NCBI GenBank assembly: GCA_017453305.1
Contig: JAFTKJ010000006.1
Location: forward strand, 16,895-80,894
Source: Clostridia bacterium
GTDB taxonomy: Bacteria > Bacillota > Clostridia > Oscillospirales > CAG-272
Direction of reading: 5' to 3'
Length of the DNA: 64,000 nt
The position numbers and the translations under genes are program-made. Shown here piece after piece: positions 9,328-20,190 of this stretch. Within the stretch, counting starts at the first letter, position 1, and each line of letters starts with the position of its first letter. The notes beneath the pieces are model-generated. The model did no database searches. It saw only the letters and a program-made list of their open reading frames with translations, and had not been told where the DNA came from.

Positions 9328-10188
9328 ATGAAATATTGCTTTTTACGCTTTCCCGGCGGAAAAATGAAGGCTTTGACGCTCAGCTACGACGACGGTGTCA
9401 GGGAGGATATTCGATTTGCACAAACGTTGGACCAATACGGAATGAAGGGAACCTTTAATATCAACAGCTCTACCGTTGGCAACGGGCGCAATCTGACAGC
9501 CGAGGAGATCCAGACCTGTATTTTGGATCGCGGACACGAGGTTGCCGTGCACGGGGAGCGTCACATGGCGCCCGGTATCGGCTTTCCGCCCTTGGCGCTT
9601 GCGGATGCCTTGAACTGCCGCCTCTCCTTGGAAAAACGCTTTGGTCGCATCATTCGCGGCATGGCGTATCCCGACTCCGGCGTGACCAAGATGCACAACG
9701 GCAACGATTATCAGACCGTCAGGAGCAATTTGCAATCCTGCGGCATCGTTTATGCACGGACGCTGGGCGGCGACAATCACGACTTTATGCTCCCCACGGA
9801 TTGGTACGCGTGGATGCCGACCGCGCACCACAACAATCCCAATTTGTGGGAGTGGGTAGAGGAGTTTCTTGCTTTGGAGGATGAAAAGATATACCTCACC
9901 CGTCGCTATCCCCGTCTGTTTTATCTGTGGGGGCATTCCTACGAGTTCAAAAACAATCAAAATTGGGATCGTTTGGAGCGCTTTTGCGAGACCGTTTCGG
10001 GAAAAGACGATATTTGGTACGCCACCAATATCGAGATCTACGAGTACGTCCAAGCGTATCAATCTTTGATCCGCAGTGCCGATGGAAATCGCATCTATAA
10101 CCCCACCCTGCGCGAGATCTGGTTTATGGCGGACGGTAAAAACTATCACATGAACCCCGGCGAGGAGCTTTGGATCGAGGAAGTTTGA
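9328..10188 (+). CDS. polysaccharide deacetylase (CE4) family protein
   Basis: TLSYDDG, GHEVAVHGERH, GMAYP, LWGHSYE. Confidence 0.88.
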   Translation: MKYCFLRFPGGKMKALTLSYDDGVREDIRFAQTLDQYGMKGTFNINSSTVGNGRNLTAEEIQTCILDRGHEVAVHGERHMAPGIGFPPLALADALNCRLSLEKRFGRIIRGMAYPDSGVTKMHNGNDYQTVRSNLQSCGIVYARTLGGDNHDFMLPTDWYAWMPTAHHNNPNLWEWVEEFLALEDEKIYLTRRYPRLFYLWGHSYEFKNNQNWDRLERFCETVSGKDDIWYATNIEIYEYVQAYQSLIRSADGNRIYNPTLREIWFMADGKNYHMNPGEELWIEEV

Positions 10189-10314
10189 TCTTCGTGTCTC
10201 GTCTAAAAAATAACCATTGTTTTTTTCTATAAATGCTTGACAATTTTGCCCGATGTGTTATAATAAGGTAACGCATCGGGCGTTTTCATTTTGACCGAAA
10301 AAAGGAGATATGGT

Positions 10315-12270
10315 ATGAAAATCAGTATTGTAAGGGATAGCGAAACTCTGCGCTACGCCGCGGAGGAGCTTGCAAAATATTTGCATCTGATGGATGCGGA
10401 CGTCAGCGCCGAGGTGTTGGTATCCAATGCATGCGGAGAGGGCATCACACTGGGATTGCTCTCCGATCTTGGATTGCCGACGGATGACGTGGATGACGAG
10501 ATGATCGACGACGTCATCGATGCAGATATCAACGCGCTTTGTGGCTACGTTGCAGGCAGCAACGAACGAAGCGTGCTGATGGGGGTTTACAATTATCTCA
10601 AGTCGGCAGGGTGCTATTGGGTGCGTCCCGGTGCCAATGGCGAATATATTCCGCAAAAAAGCATGAAGGAGCACGTGTTCCGCATGCGCAAAAAGGCAGA
10701 TTATCCCTTCCGCGGTCAATGCATCGAGGGGGCTGTCAGCTTCGAGCACGTGTACGAAACCATCCTCTGGCTCCCCAAGGTCAATATGAATTTGTTTATG
10801 ATCGAGCAGATCATTCCTTACAACTATATGAACCGTTGGTATCGTCACACGGTCAACACACGCCTGGATGAGAGCAACGAGCCGCCTTACGAGCAGTATT
10901 GCGCATACGTCGACGAATGGGAAAAAGCAATTAAAAAGTGCGGCTTGCAGTTCCACGCATTGGGACACGGCGCACTCAACGAGCCATTTGGAATCAGACA
11001 TATGATCTCGGGGCAGCATTACGACGTGCCCGAAGAGACCAAAAAGGCGTTTGCCTTGGTTGGCGGCAAGCGCGAGCTTTGCAATTCTTCTCCATTCTTT
11101 ACGCAGGTCTGCATGTCGCAGGATTGGGTACGCAAGAGAATTGTCACTTGGCTTGCCGACTATCTGGAGGAGAAGCCCTACATCGACTTTTTGCATTTTT
11201 GGCTTGCGGACTACAAAAACAACCATTGCGAATGCGAGGACTGCATTCAAAAAACGCCCTCCGATTGGTACGTGCAAATGCTCAACGAGTTGGATGCCGA
11301 GCTGACTACGCGCGGAAATCATGCAAAAATCGTCTTTATCATGTACGTAGATACGCTTTGGCCGCCCATTGTTGAAAAGCTGAACAATCCGCGCCGCTTT
11401 ATTCTGACCACTGCGGCAACCACACGTGCACCGGGGGACACCTACTCCGACCGTCGTTGCCCGGACGGAATTCCTGCGTGGAAGCGAAATCAGCATTCCT
11501 CTCCCAACAAGGGCTTTGAGCAGCTGCTCTCCTTTGTTGACGCATGGAAGCCCGTATTTGACGGACCGCGCTTTTTGTTTGAATACTTCCTTTACACCAA
11601 GCATTTTGAGGATCCCGGCTACATGCAATTTTCGCGCAACCTGGCACGGGATATGAAGCATCTGCATCTGACGGGTTTCCACGGTGTGATGAGCGATCAG
11701 ACCCAGCGCGCCTCTTTCCCGACGGGATTGCCGAATGCAATGCAAGGTGAGTTCCAATTTGACAGCAGTGCTGACGTCGAGGCGTACATCGATTCTTACA
11801 TGCAGGTGTCCTTTGGTACGGATTGGCAGGCGGCGAAGAATTACCTTGACGGTATCACGCAATTGTTTGCGGTGGATTCCTTGGCACAAAAGACCGACGT
11901 CACCGCGCAGGATACGGGGGCAGAGGACGACCATTCCAAAAAAGCGGATATTTTTGGCAACGAAGAGGCAGGGAAGAGCATTGCGCAGGTTTCGGCATAC
12001 GTCGATGCGTTTGCGGATACGGTGACAAAAAATCTGCAGGTCTCCGATCCTTGTCAGCGTGAGTCCTGGCGTATCCTTGTCTACCACGGTGAATACTGCA
12101 AGCGTCTTGCAGGCATTTACGTGGAGCTTTCTAAAAACAATGCTGAGGGCGCAACGCGCTTGCTTGACAATATGATCGACTATCTTTCCGAGGTCGAGCC
12201 CGAGATCCATTCCTACTTTGACCTGGTCCTTTTCGCTCAGCGCATCAAGCAGATCATCGCAGGCATATGA
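10315..12270 (+). CDS. DUF4838-like / glycoside-hydrolase-like protein
   Basis: N-terminal YAAEELAKYL and GSNERSVLMGVYNYL module, LADYKNNHCECEDC; AGGAG RBS. Confidence 0.6.
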   Translation: MKISIVRDSETLRYAAEELAKYLHLMDADVSAEVLVSNACGEGITLGLLSDLGLPTDDVDDEMIDDVIDADINALCGYVAGSNERSVLMGVYNYLKSAGCYWVRPGANGEYIPQKSMKEHVFRMRKKADYPFRGQCIEGAVSFEHVYETILWLPKVNMNLFMIEQIIPYNYMNRWYRHTVNTRLDESNEPPYEQYCAYVDEWEKAIKKCGLQFHALGHGALNEPFGIRHMISGQHYDVPEETKKAFALVGGKRELCNSSPFFTQVCMSQDWVRKRIVTWLADYLEEKPYIDFLHFWLADYKNNHCECEDCIQKTPSDWYVQMLNELDAELTTRGNHAKIVFIMYVDTLWPPIVEKLNNPRRFILTTAATTRAPGDTYSDRRCPDGIPAWKRNQHSSPNKGFEQLLSFVDAWKPVFDGPRFLFEYFLYTKHFEDPGYMQFSRNLARDMKHLHLTGFHGVMSDQTQRASFPTGLPNAMQGEFQFDSSADVEAYIDSYMQVSFGTDWQAAKNYLDGITQLFAVDSLAQKTDVTAQDTGAEDDHSKKADIFGNEEAGKSIAQVSAYVDAFADTVTKNLQVSDPCQRESWRILVYHGEYCKRLAGIYVELSKNNAEGATRLLDNMIDYLSEVEPEIHSYFDLVLFAQRIKQIIAGI

Positions 12271-12400
12271 CGGTCGGTTCATTTCGTTAAAATACACAAA
12301 ACTGAACCCCGATTTTTGGAGGCTTTGTCAATTGACAGAGCCTCCTGTTCGTGCTATACTGAAAAAGTAGAATTATTATAATAAGAGAGAAGGAGAAAGT

Positions 12401-13945
12401 ATGAAAAAATTTTTGATTCTTATACTGACCCTGACGATGGTAGCATCTCTCCTCATTTCCTGCACTACGGGAAACGGAAACGATGATACCACGCCTGCAG
12501 ACGATGGCAAAAATGAAGTTACCACACCTGAAGAGGGGGGCGACGACGACGGACTCCCCGAGGTGATCGACATGAGCTCCAACGGGCAGGACTACGTTTA
12601 CAAGGCATACGTTCGCTCCAAGGAGGACGGAGACCTTGGAAACGGCGGATTTTTGTGTGAGGATTTCTGGGTAGCCGAAACCAGCGAGGACGCACTTTCC
12701 TTTGCTGTGTATACCAGAAACAATACCATTCAGGAGACCTATCACTGCCGCATCCACCAGCAGGATTCCACCGGTTCTACGTATCAGGAGCTGAAGGATT
12801 TCTATGCGAACAGCGAAAAGTACGATCTTTCCATTCTTCTGGCAATTGAGGCAGCACCTGCCGCAACCTCCAATCTGTTGCAGGATATCAAGTCAATGGG
12901 TCACGTCGATCTGACGCATTCCTCCTATGACCAGAACTCTGTTGCACAGTTCTCTATGGGTGGCAAGCTCTACTATCTGAGTGGAGACATGAACATTTCT
13001 ACTATGGATAATACGGCTCCTACCGTTGTAAACATTGAAATGTACAACAGCCACAAGGAATCCTTTGTTGAGGCCTTCGGCGACGAAATTTACAGTAATA
13101 TCTATGATCTCGTTACCGAGCACGAGTGGACGATGGATACGCTTTTGACCATGGCAGAGATCGTTAACGTGGACCAAAACAAGTCCGACGGTGCACTTTC
13201 CGTCACCAAGCAGGATACGCTGGGCTATTTCCAATATTCCGCATCTCCTCTTTACTATTTCTACGGTGCGGGCGGTCGCATCACGCAGATCGATGAGGAC
13301 GGTTATCCCGAGCTTGTCATCGGTGAGAGCATCAATCAGGAAATCTACGATTACGTCTACAGAAATCTGAACACCGTCTCCACGTCTTGGATCCCCAACG
13401 GCAACTCCGGCCCGCGCGGTGATAACTTCTACGGCGGCGTTTGCCTCTTTACAGACATGACCCTTTGGGATATCCGTAAGATCCTTTACACCAAGGATGC
13501 ATTTGAGTACGGTATTATTCCGAACCCCTTGTACGAGGCAGGGGATGATTATCACGGCGTGGTATATTTCCAGGGCTGTGCGCATCTGTGGAGTGTTCCC
13601 AACATGTGCACCAACCAGGAATATGCTGAGCGCATGCTGCAGATCCTGACCGTTTACTCCGGTATGAAGGATTCCACTATGGATGCTTACTATACCAAGA
13701 CCATGTATATGACGGTTGCACAGGATAAGGGCTCGAGAGCGGCAATGGATATCATTCGCACCTCCCTGGTATATGACATTGCACTGCTTTACGACTGGGG
13801 TGGCTTCCAAGATCTGCTTCTGAATGCAGATACCGCAACCTCTAATCAGTACCAGACCTATTACAACAAGCTCGACGTTGCCGAGGAGGCAATGCAGTTG
13901 ACCCTGGAGCAGTTCAAGAACCCGACCTACGTTCCCGATAACTGA
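12401..13945 (+). CDS. extracellular solute-binding lipoprotein
   Basis: Signal peptide with LISC lipobox, acidic linker, GKLYYLSGD, LVTEHEWTMD, YGIIPNP. Confidence 0.75.
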   Translation: MKKFLILILTLTMVASLLISCTTGNGNDDTTPADDGKNEVTTPEEGGDDDGLPEVIDMSSNGQDYVYKAYVRSKEDGDLGNGGFLCEDFWVAETSEDALSFAVYTRNNTIQETYHCRIHQQDSTGSTYQELKDFYANSEKYDLSILLAIEAAPAATSNLLQDIKSMGHVDLTHSSYDQNSVAQFSMGGKLYYLSGDMNISTMDNTAPTVVNIEMYNSHKESFVEAFGDEIYSNIYDLVTEHEWTMDTLLTMAEIVNVDQNKSDGALSVTKQDTLGYFQYSASPLYYFYGAGGRITQIDEDGYPELVIGESINQEIYDYVYRNLNTVSTSWIPNGNSGPRGDNFYGGVCLFTDMTLWDIRKILYTKDAFEYGIIPNPLYEAGDDYHGVVYFQGCAHLWSVPNMCTNQEYAERMLQILTVYSGMKDSTMDAYYTKTMYMTVAQDKGSRAAMDIIRTSLVYDIALLYDWGGFQDLLLNADTATSNQYQTYYNKLDVAEEAMQLTLEQFKNPTYVPDN

Positions 13946-14121
13946 TTTCCAAAAGCGGACACGCGACCGTAAGTCGCACACTTGCGCGCTCCTTGCCACG
14001 GCAGGGAGCGCGTTTTGCATCTTTTTTTGTAAATATTTGTCTTTTTTTCTTGACTTATGGCAAAAGAACATGTATAATGATAATATCCGAGAACGTTTGT
14101 TTTTGAAAGGGAATTGAAAGC

Positions 14122-14553
14122 ATGCCAAGGAAAATGAGTTTGTTCTTTTATAAAGCCGTGCACGTGCTGGAATACGTGATCGCCGTTTTGACGTTGGTGG
14201 TTCTTGTAGGGCTGCTTGGTTTGGAGGTGTACAAGATGATCACCGTGAACGGATATTTTTCCGCAGCGGATACGTATCTGCACAACATTCTGACCATTGT
14301 CGTCGGCTTGGAGTTTGTGCGCATGCTGATCAACCTCACGCCTGCAAACACGCTGGAGGTGCTCATTGTTGCCATCGCGCGCCAGGTTATCGTCAACCAC
14401 GAAAACACGTTGAGCAATATCGCGTGCGTGCTGTGTATCGGTGGCTTGTTTGCCATCCGCAAGTTCCTCATTTCCAAGGCGGACCTCGCCAAGGAGCTTT
14501 CCGAGGATGATCCGCAGGAGGCAACCGATGCGGAAGTGTCCGAGAAAAAGTGA
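14122..14553 (+). CDS. PsiE-like small membrane protein
   Basis: Four hydrophobic segments; VVGLEFVRML and LEVLIVAIARQVIV pattern. Confidence 0.65.
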   Translation: MPRKMSLFFYKAVHVLEYVIAVLTLVVLVGLLGLEVYKMITVNGYFSAADTYLHNILTIVVGLEFVRMLINLTPANTLEVLIVAIARQVIVNHENTLSNIACVLCIGGLFAIRKFLISKADLAKELSEDDPQEATDAEVSEKK

Positions 14554-14710
14554 ACAAACTGTAAAAAGTACCGCAGATGTCCCTCGAAGGGGATGTCTGC
14601 GGTGCTTTTTTTACGTATCGTGTTTTCCAAACCTTGACAAAGGCAGGTGTTATATTGTATAATAAAATTGTAGAGCCAACTGCAAAAAAATATGAAAGGA
14701 GAAACGTAGT

Positions 14711-17113
14711 ATGAAAAAGCTCTTATTGTTCGTTTTGTTGATTGTTCTGTCTCTTTCTCTGTGCGCGTGCACGGATCTGCTCGACCTGCTTGAGATGATT
14801 GCCCCGGATGAGACGGAAGCGCCTACCGAGGAAGCCTCGACTCCCGAGGACACCACCCCTTCACCCGATGACCCCGAAAATCCTGCGAACCAAGGGCTGG
14901 TATTCGTTTCCAACGGAAACGGAACCTGCAAGGTAGCGGGGCGCGGTACTTCTACCGAGGTGAACGTTATCATTCCCGACGTTTCTCCCGATGGAGATAC
15001 GGTTATTGAGATTGCTTCCAGAGCCTTTGCCACAACCAATATCCAAACGGTTGAGATCCCCGCATCTGTGGAAACGATCGCTCCGGGCGCCTTTATGGAT
15101 TGTCGCGAATTGATGCACGTAAATTTTGAAAGCGGCTTGAAGTACGTCGGTTCTTCTGCATTTGAGCATTGTACCAAGCTGGTGGAAGCCGATCTGCCGG
15201 ATACGGTGAAATCCATCAACGGTTCTGCCTTCCGTCGTTGCTCATCTCTGATTGCCGTAACCCTGCCCGAATCTTTGGTGACCATTGGAGATTCTGCCTT
15301 TGAAGCAACCGCAATCAAGACGGTCAAAATTCCTTCAAAGGTTGCAATCATTGGTACGGGAGCATTCCAAAGTTGTAAGAGTTTGCGCGAGGTAACGATT
15401 TCCGAGGGAGTAAAAGAGATCTTCCCGAATGCTTTTTACGCTTGCTCCAAATTGCAAACTGTTTTGCTTCCAAGCTCCTTGCAAGCTATTGGAGCAGATG
15501 CGTTTCATGGGTGTGAGTCAATCAACGAGATCGATTTACCAGACAACTTGTTTACAATCTTTGGCAGTGCTTTTCAGGGCTGTAAAAAAATTCAGTCTTT
15601 GACCATACCCGGCAAGGTCAGCTACCTGGGCGAGAGGGCGTTTGCAACCTGTACCGCGCTTGAGACTCTGGTATTTGAGGAAGGCGTTCGGTGCGTTAGC
15701 AAAAACAGCTTTTACTCTTGCTCATCTCTGACGGACGTTCGTTTTGCTTCTACGATCGACACAATTCAGTCGGAGGCGTTTCGCTACACGGCGGTTCAAA
15801 AAATCGTTTTGCCGGACGGACTGCGAGAATTGGGATCCTGCGCTTTTGGAAACTGTGAAAAGCTTACCGAGGTCCAAATGGGCAATAACCTTTCAAAGTT
15901 TAACATCAACGCATTTTTGGGTTGCAATTCGCTGACAAAGTTTGAAATCTCCAAGGACAATCCTTACTATAAGGTCAATGGAAGCTGCGTGATCGATATC
16001 GCGGCGAAATCTGCAGTAAAGGGCGTTGATCCGTCGGATATCCCCACTGACGGAAGCGTTACAAGCATTGGCGATTCGGCGTTTGAAGGTTGTCCCATGG
16101 AAAAGGTGGTCATTCCGGATTGCATTACCGTAATCGGTGCGAGCGCGTTTTCACGCAGTGCCGTTACCGAGTTGGTGCTCCCGGAAAGCTTGACCAGAAT
16201 TGGAGAGTACGCGTTTGCAAGCAGTCACATTACCGAGTTGGTGCTCCCGGAAAGCTTGACCGTGATTGAGGAGGGGGCTTTTCAGATCTGTTGTTATTTG
16301 GTCAGCGTTGAATTTCCAAAAAGCAAGGTAGAACTTGAGGCAGGCGTATTTGGTGCTTGTTATGGATTGAAGGAGGTCGTCCTTCCTGAGTATCTTACGG
16401 TCATTCCAAACTCAACGTTTGCATATTGCTGGAAATTGGAAAAGGTGGTGCTGCATTCCTCCATCACCGAAATCGGTGAATACGCATTTTATGGGTGCGA
16501 CAAATTGAAGCAGCTTGAAGGCTTGCACGAAACGGCGCTCACAAAGATTGGGAATGGCGCGTTTAGGGAATGTTTGGCTTTGACAGAGGTGATCTTCCCA
16601 CAAACGATGCAAACCATTGGAAGTAGTGCATTTTCGCACTGTGTCAAGCTTGCCCACATTTATATTCCCAAGCAGGTATCCGATATTGCGTACGGCGCCT
16701 TTGAGAATTGCCCGAATTTGGCAAACGTTGAAATTGAGGAGGGGAATGAAAACTATTGGGGAACGGGGAACTCCATCATTCGCACCAAAATGCGCCGCTT
16801 GGTGTATGCACATGCAAGTGCTGTTCTTCCAAATGACGGCAGCGTGCAGTCTTTTGGCGAATACTCCTTCCATTGCACGGGGCTTGAAGAAGTGGTCGTT
16901 CCCGCGACGATCAAGCGTTTCAGACTTTTCTCATTCGTGGATTGTAAAGATTTGAAAATGATCATTTTCCTTGGAACGATAGAAGAGTGGAACTCCATTA
17001 CCAAAGAAGAGAGTTGCTTTGGATCCTCCATGATCGCTAATGTCATCGTCGTTCAGTGTAGCGACGGTACGACCGAGGTGCACATAAACAGGAAAGACGT
17101 TGACGGGAAATAA
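14711..17113 (+). CDS. BspA-type leucine-rich repeat (LRR_5) surface lipoprotein 1
   Basis: LCAC lipobox; many IPxSVxxIGxxAFxxC repeats. Confidence 0.92.
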   Translation: MKKLLLFVLLIVLSLSLCACTDLLDLLEMIAPDETEAPTEEASTPEDTTPSPDDPENPANQGLVFVSNGNGTCKVAGRGTSTEVNVIIPDVSPDGDTVIEIASRAFATTNIQTVEIPASVETIAPGAFMDCRELMHVNFESGLKYVGSSAFEHCTKLVEADLPDTVKSINGSAFRRCSSLIAVTLPESLVTIGDSAFEATAIKTVKIPSKVAIIGTGAFQSCKSLREVTISEGVKEIFPNAFYACSKLQTVLLPSSLQAIGADAFHGCESINEIDLPDNLFTIFGSAFQGCKKIQSLTIPGKVSYLGERAFATCTALETLVFEEGVRCVSKNSFYSCSSLTDVRFASTIDTIQSEAFRYTAVQKIVLPDGLRELGSCAFGNCEKLTEVQMGNNLSKFNINAFLGCNSLTKFEISKDNPYYKVNGSCVIDIAAKSAVKGVDPSDIPTDGSVTSIGDSAFEGCPMEKVVIPDCITVIGASAFSRSAVTELVLPESLTRIGEYAFASSHITELVLPESLTVIEEGAFQICCYLVSVEFPKSKVELEAGVFGACYGLKEVVLPEYLTVIPNSTFAYCWKLEKVVLHSSITEIGEYAFYGCDKLKQLEGLHETALTKIGNGAFRECLALTEVIFPQTMQTIGSSAFSHCVKLAHIYIPKQVSDIAYGAFENCPNLANVEIEEGNENYWGTGNSIIRTKMRRLVYAHASAVLPNDGSVQSFGEYSFHCTGLEEVVVPATIKRFRLFSFVDCKDLKMIIFLGTIEEWNSITKEESCFGSSMIANVIVVQCSDGTTEVHINRKDVDGK

Positions 17114-17156
17114 GGGTAGATTTGTTTTTGATACTTTTTGAGAAAGGAGTTTGGAT

Positions 17157-19460
17157 ATGAAAAAAATTACGTTGCTTGTACTTTTGGTTGCGTTGTGTCT
17201 TTCTCTGTGCGCGTGCACGGATCTGCTCGACCTGCTTGATATGATTGCCCCGGATGAGACGGAAGCGCCTACCGAGGAAGCCACCACGCCAAAAGAGGAG
17301 CCGACAACAGCAGAGCCCGAAAAGGAAGCACCTCCTGCAAAGGAAGCTACCGAGGAGCTGGAGTACCGCTCCAACAACGATGGGACCTGCGTGGTGACCG
17401 GAATTGGAAAGATTACAGCCAAGGAGATTGTGATTCCCGAGGTTGCTCCCAACGGTGACCGCGTGGTAGCAATTGCCGAGGGTGCATTCAAACATGCACT
17501 CATTCATTCGGTGGATATTCCCGGTAGCGTAAAAACCATCTCCGCAGAGTCATTCTACGCTTGTAAGTCACTGAAGCAGGTGATCCTTCGGGAGGGGGTT
17601 CTTGAAATTGGCGTGGATGCGTTCAATAAGTGCTCTGCCTTGACGGATATTTACTTTGCAGACAGCATCCAAATCATTGACGAGCGCGCTTTTCGCGGTT
17701 GCGTTACGCTTGCAGATGTGGTGTTGCCCAAGGGCTTGAAAATAATTGAAGCAGAAGCCTTTGCAAAGTGCTTCGCATTGGAAAAGATCGCCTTTTTCCC
17801 AAACCTTGAAACCATTGCCCAAAAAGCTTTTTGGGAGTGCAAGGTGCTTGCTGAGGTGACCCTTCCCAAAACGGTAAGCCTTGTGCACACGACCTCCTTT
17901 TTGACATGCCCTGCATTGAAGCTGTCGGTCCACAAGGACAATCCCGTTTATCATAGCGTGGACAATTGCTTGATTCATACCGATTCCAAGATGCTGGTGC
18001 TGGTATTGAATGGCTACGTGATTCCATGCGATGGCTCGGTGACCAGAATCGGACCGCGCGTATTTTATGAAAATAAGGATCTTATTTCCATAACCATTCC
18101 CACTGCCATTACGTATATCGACGAATATGCCTTTTACGCCTGCTCCCGTTTGGAGTCGGTGGTCGTTGAAGGTAACTTACAATCCATCGGCGACTATGTA
18201 TTTTATAATTGCTCCAACCTGCAAAATATCAATCTGCCCTCTACGGTAGCCTCTATCGGGAAGTTTGCGTTTTATGATTGTGCCAATTTAAAGCAGATCG
18301 ATTTTCCGCCTGCCTTATCTCATATTGGGGAAAGTGCCTTTAGCAGATGCTCCGGTTTGCTGAAAATTGAGCTCCCGAAAACCTTGACGACGATTTCCAA
18401 AAACGCGTTTTCCTCCTGCAAGGGCTTGCTTGAGATCACCGTTCCCGAAAACGTCAAAACGATTGGGGAGGGCGCCTTTGCAGCCTGCACGAGTCTGGTG
18501 ACCGTGGTTTTGGAGAAGGGCGTAATTACCATTGAGGCAAATGCATTTGCAGGCTGTGAAAATCTGCAATTTCTGACGCTTTCCTCTACGCTGGAGCAGA
18601 TCGGGGATGCCGCATTTTTGAATTGCAAGTCCTTACAGCATCTGACCTTGCCCGATTCTCTCAAAACGATTGGAGCCGAGGCGTTCCGATATTCGGCAAT
18701 CAGATATCTCACCATTCCGCACAACGTAAAATCCATTGGTCAGTACGCCTTTTCCGCTTGCAGATCACTGATGTCGTTGGATGTAGAAGGCGACGGAGGC
18801 ACCCTCTACATCGGTGCGTATGCGTTTTCCTATACCGGATTGTTTTATCTTGATTTGTTTTATTACGGTGAGATATGGCTTGGAGAAGCTGCTTTTACTG
18901 GCTGTCCGTGGCTGCGTGCTGCGGATTTGAGCGACACAAAATCTGTCCCCAAAAAGCTGTTTGCACATTGCTCCAAGTTGAGTTCGGTATCCCTTTCGGG
19001 GGGTGTTACTCGCATTGGTGAGGATGCATTCCTCGGTTGCAATCTGTTGACTGATATTCGATTTTCCTACACCAACAAGGCATATAAGGTGGTTGGAGGT
19101 TGCTTGATCGACGTTGCAAAGAAGTGCGTGATCTTTGGAATCGATCCGCGAAATCTTCCAACCGACGGCAGCGTTACAAGCATCGGAATGCATGCGTTTT
19201 ACGGGTGCAAAATTTCTCCGCTTGTTTTGCCCGATACGATCGAATCGATTGGTGATTATGCGTTTGAGAACAGCACCTTTTATGAGATCACGCTCCCTGC
19301 AAATTTAAAGGAGCTCAGCTCAAATGCGTTTTTCGGTTGCACGAATTTAAAGATGATCTACTTCCAAGGCACGATTGCCGAATGGAAAGCCTTGGTGGGA
19401 GACAACGCTCAGTTTGGATGTTCTCCGACAATTCAATGCAAGGATGGCGTGATAAACTGA
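17157..19460 (+). CDS. BspA-type leucine-rich repeat (LRR_5) surface lipoprotein 2
   Basis: Same lipobox and N-terminus as the upstream paralogue; LRR_5 repeats. Confidence 0.92.
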   Translation: MKKITLLVLLVALCLSLCACTDLLDLLDMIAPDETEAPTEEATTPKEEPTTAEPEKEAPPAKEATEELEYRSNNDGTCVVTGIGKITAKEIVIPEVAPNGDRVVAIAEGAFKHALIHSVDIPGSVKTISAESFYACKSLKQVILREGVLEIGVDAFNKCSALTDIYFADSIQIIDERAFRGCVTLADVVLPKGLKIIEAEAFAKCFALEKIAFFPNLETIAQKAFWECKVLAEVTLPKTVSLVHTTSFLTCPALKLSVHKDNPVYHSVDNCLIHTDSKMLVLVLNGYVIPCDGSVTRIGPRVFYENKDLISITIPTAITYIDEYAFYACSRLESVVVEGNLQSIGDYVFYNCSNLQNINLPSTVASIGKFAFYDCANLKQIDFPPALSHIGESAFSRCSGLLKIELPKTLTTISKNAFSSCKGLLEITVPENVKTIGEGAFAACTSLVTVVLEKGVITIEANAFAGCENLQFLTLSSTLEQIGDAAFLNCKSLQHLTLPDSLKTIGAEAFRYSAIRYLTIPHNVKSIGQYAFSACRSLMSLDVEGDGGTLYIGAYAFSYTGLFYLDLFYYGEIWLGEAAFTGCPWLRAADLSDTKSVPKKLFAHCSKLSSVSLSGGVTRIGEDAFLGCNLLTDIRFSYTNKAYKVVGGCLIDVAKKCVIFGIDPRNLPTDGSVTSIGMHAFYGCKISPLVLPDTIESIGDYAFENSTFYEITLPANLKELSSNAFFGCTNLKMIYFQGTIAEWKALVGDNAQFGCSPTIQCKDGVIN

Positions 19461-19491
19461 AATGAAATGAACTAAGGAACCGTGTATTTTT

Positions 19492-20151
19492 ATGACCAAG
19501 CTTTGTATTTTTGACCTGGATGGAACGGTGCTGGACACCGTTCCGTCCATTGCCTACTATGCCAACGGGGCATTGATAAAAAATGGAATTGAACCGATTG
19601 AGGAGGGGCAGTACCGCTACCTTGCGGGCAAGGGAATTGCCAATTTGGTAGAGGGGATGCTTCGCTTTCGCAACTCTTACAGCGAGGAGCTGTATGCGCG
19701 CGTGTATCACGATTACGATACGGCGTACAATGCCGACGTATCCTACAAAACAAGCATTTTTGCAGGACTGAAGGAGGTTCTTGACTGTGTGCGCGAAAGG
19801 GGGATCCGCATGGCGATCGTTTCCAACAAGCCCGATTTTGCCGCGCGTACCGTTGTGGATCGCCTTTACGGCAAAAACTATTTCGATTACGTTACGGGAC
19901 AAAAGCCGGGCGGCATTCTCAAGCCCGATCCTTCGGTGGTGCTCTCCGTGATGGAGCAATTTGATGCCCGCCCCGCGGATTGCGTTTACGTTGGGGACAC
20001 CTCTACGGATATGCTCACCGGCAAAAACGCAAATCTCTATACCGTTGGCGTGCTTTGGGGCTTTCGTGACCGTGCCGAGCTGGAGGAAAACGGTGCCGAT
20101 GCCATTGCCGCCACCCCTGCGGAGCTTTTGGAGCTGATTTTGAACAGATGA
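19492..20151 (+). CDS. HAD-family phosphatase (phosphoglycolate phosphatase-like)
   Basis: FDLDGTVLDT, VSNK, KPDP, YVGDTSTD. Confidence 0.92.
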   Translation: MTKLCIFDLDGTVLDTVPSIAYYANGALIKNGIEPIEEGQYRYLAGKGIANLVEGMLRFRNSYSEELYARVYHDYDTAYNADVSYKTSIFAGLKEVLDCVRERGIRMAIVSNKPDFAARTVVDRLYGKNYFDYVTGQKPGGILKPDPSVVLSVMEQFDARPADCVYVGDTSTDMLTGKNANLYTVGVLWGFRDRAELEENGADAIAATPAELLELILNR

Positions 20152-20190
20152 TCTATCCCGGAGATGATATTTTGAAAGGAGAAAAAACTT

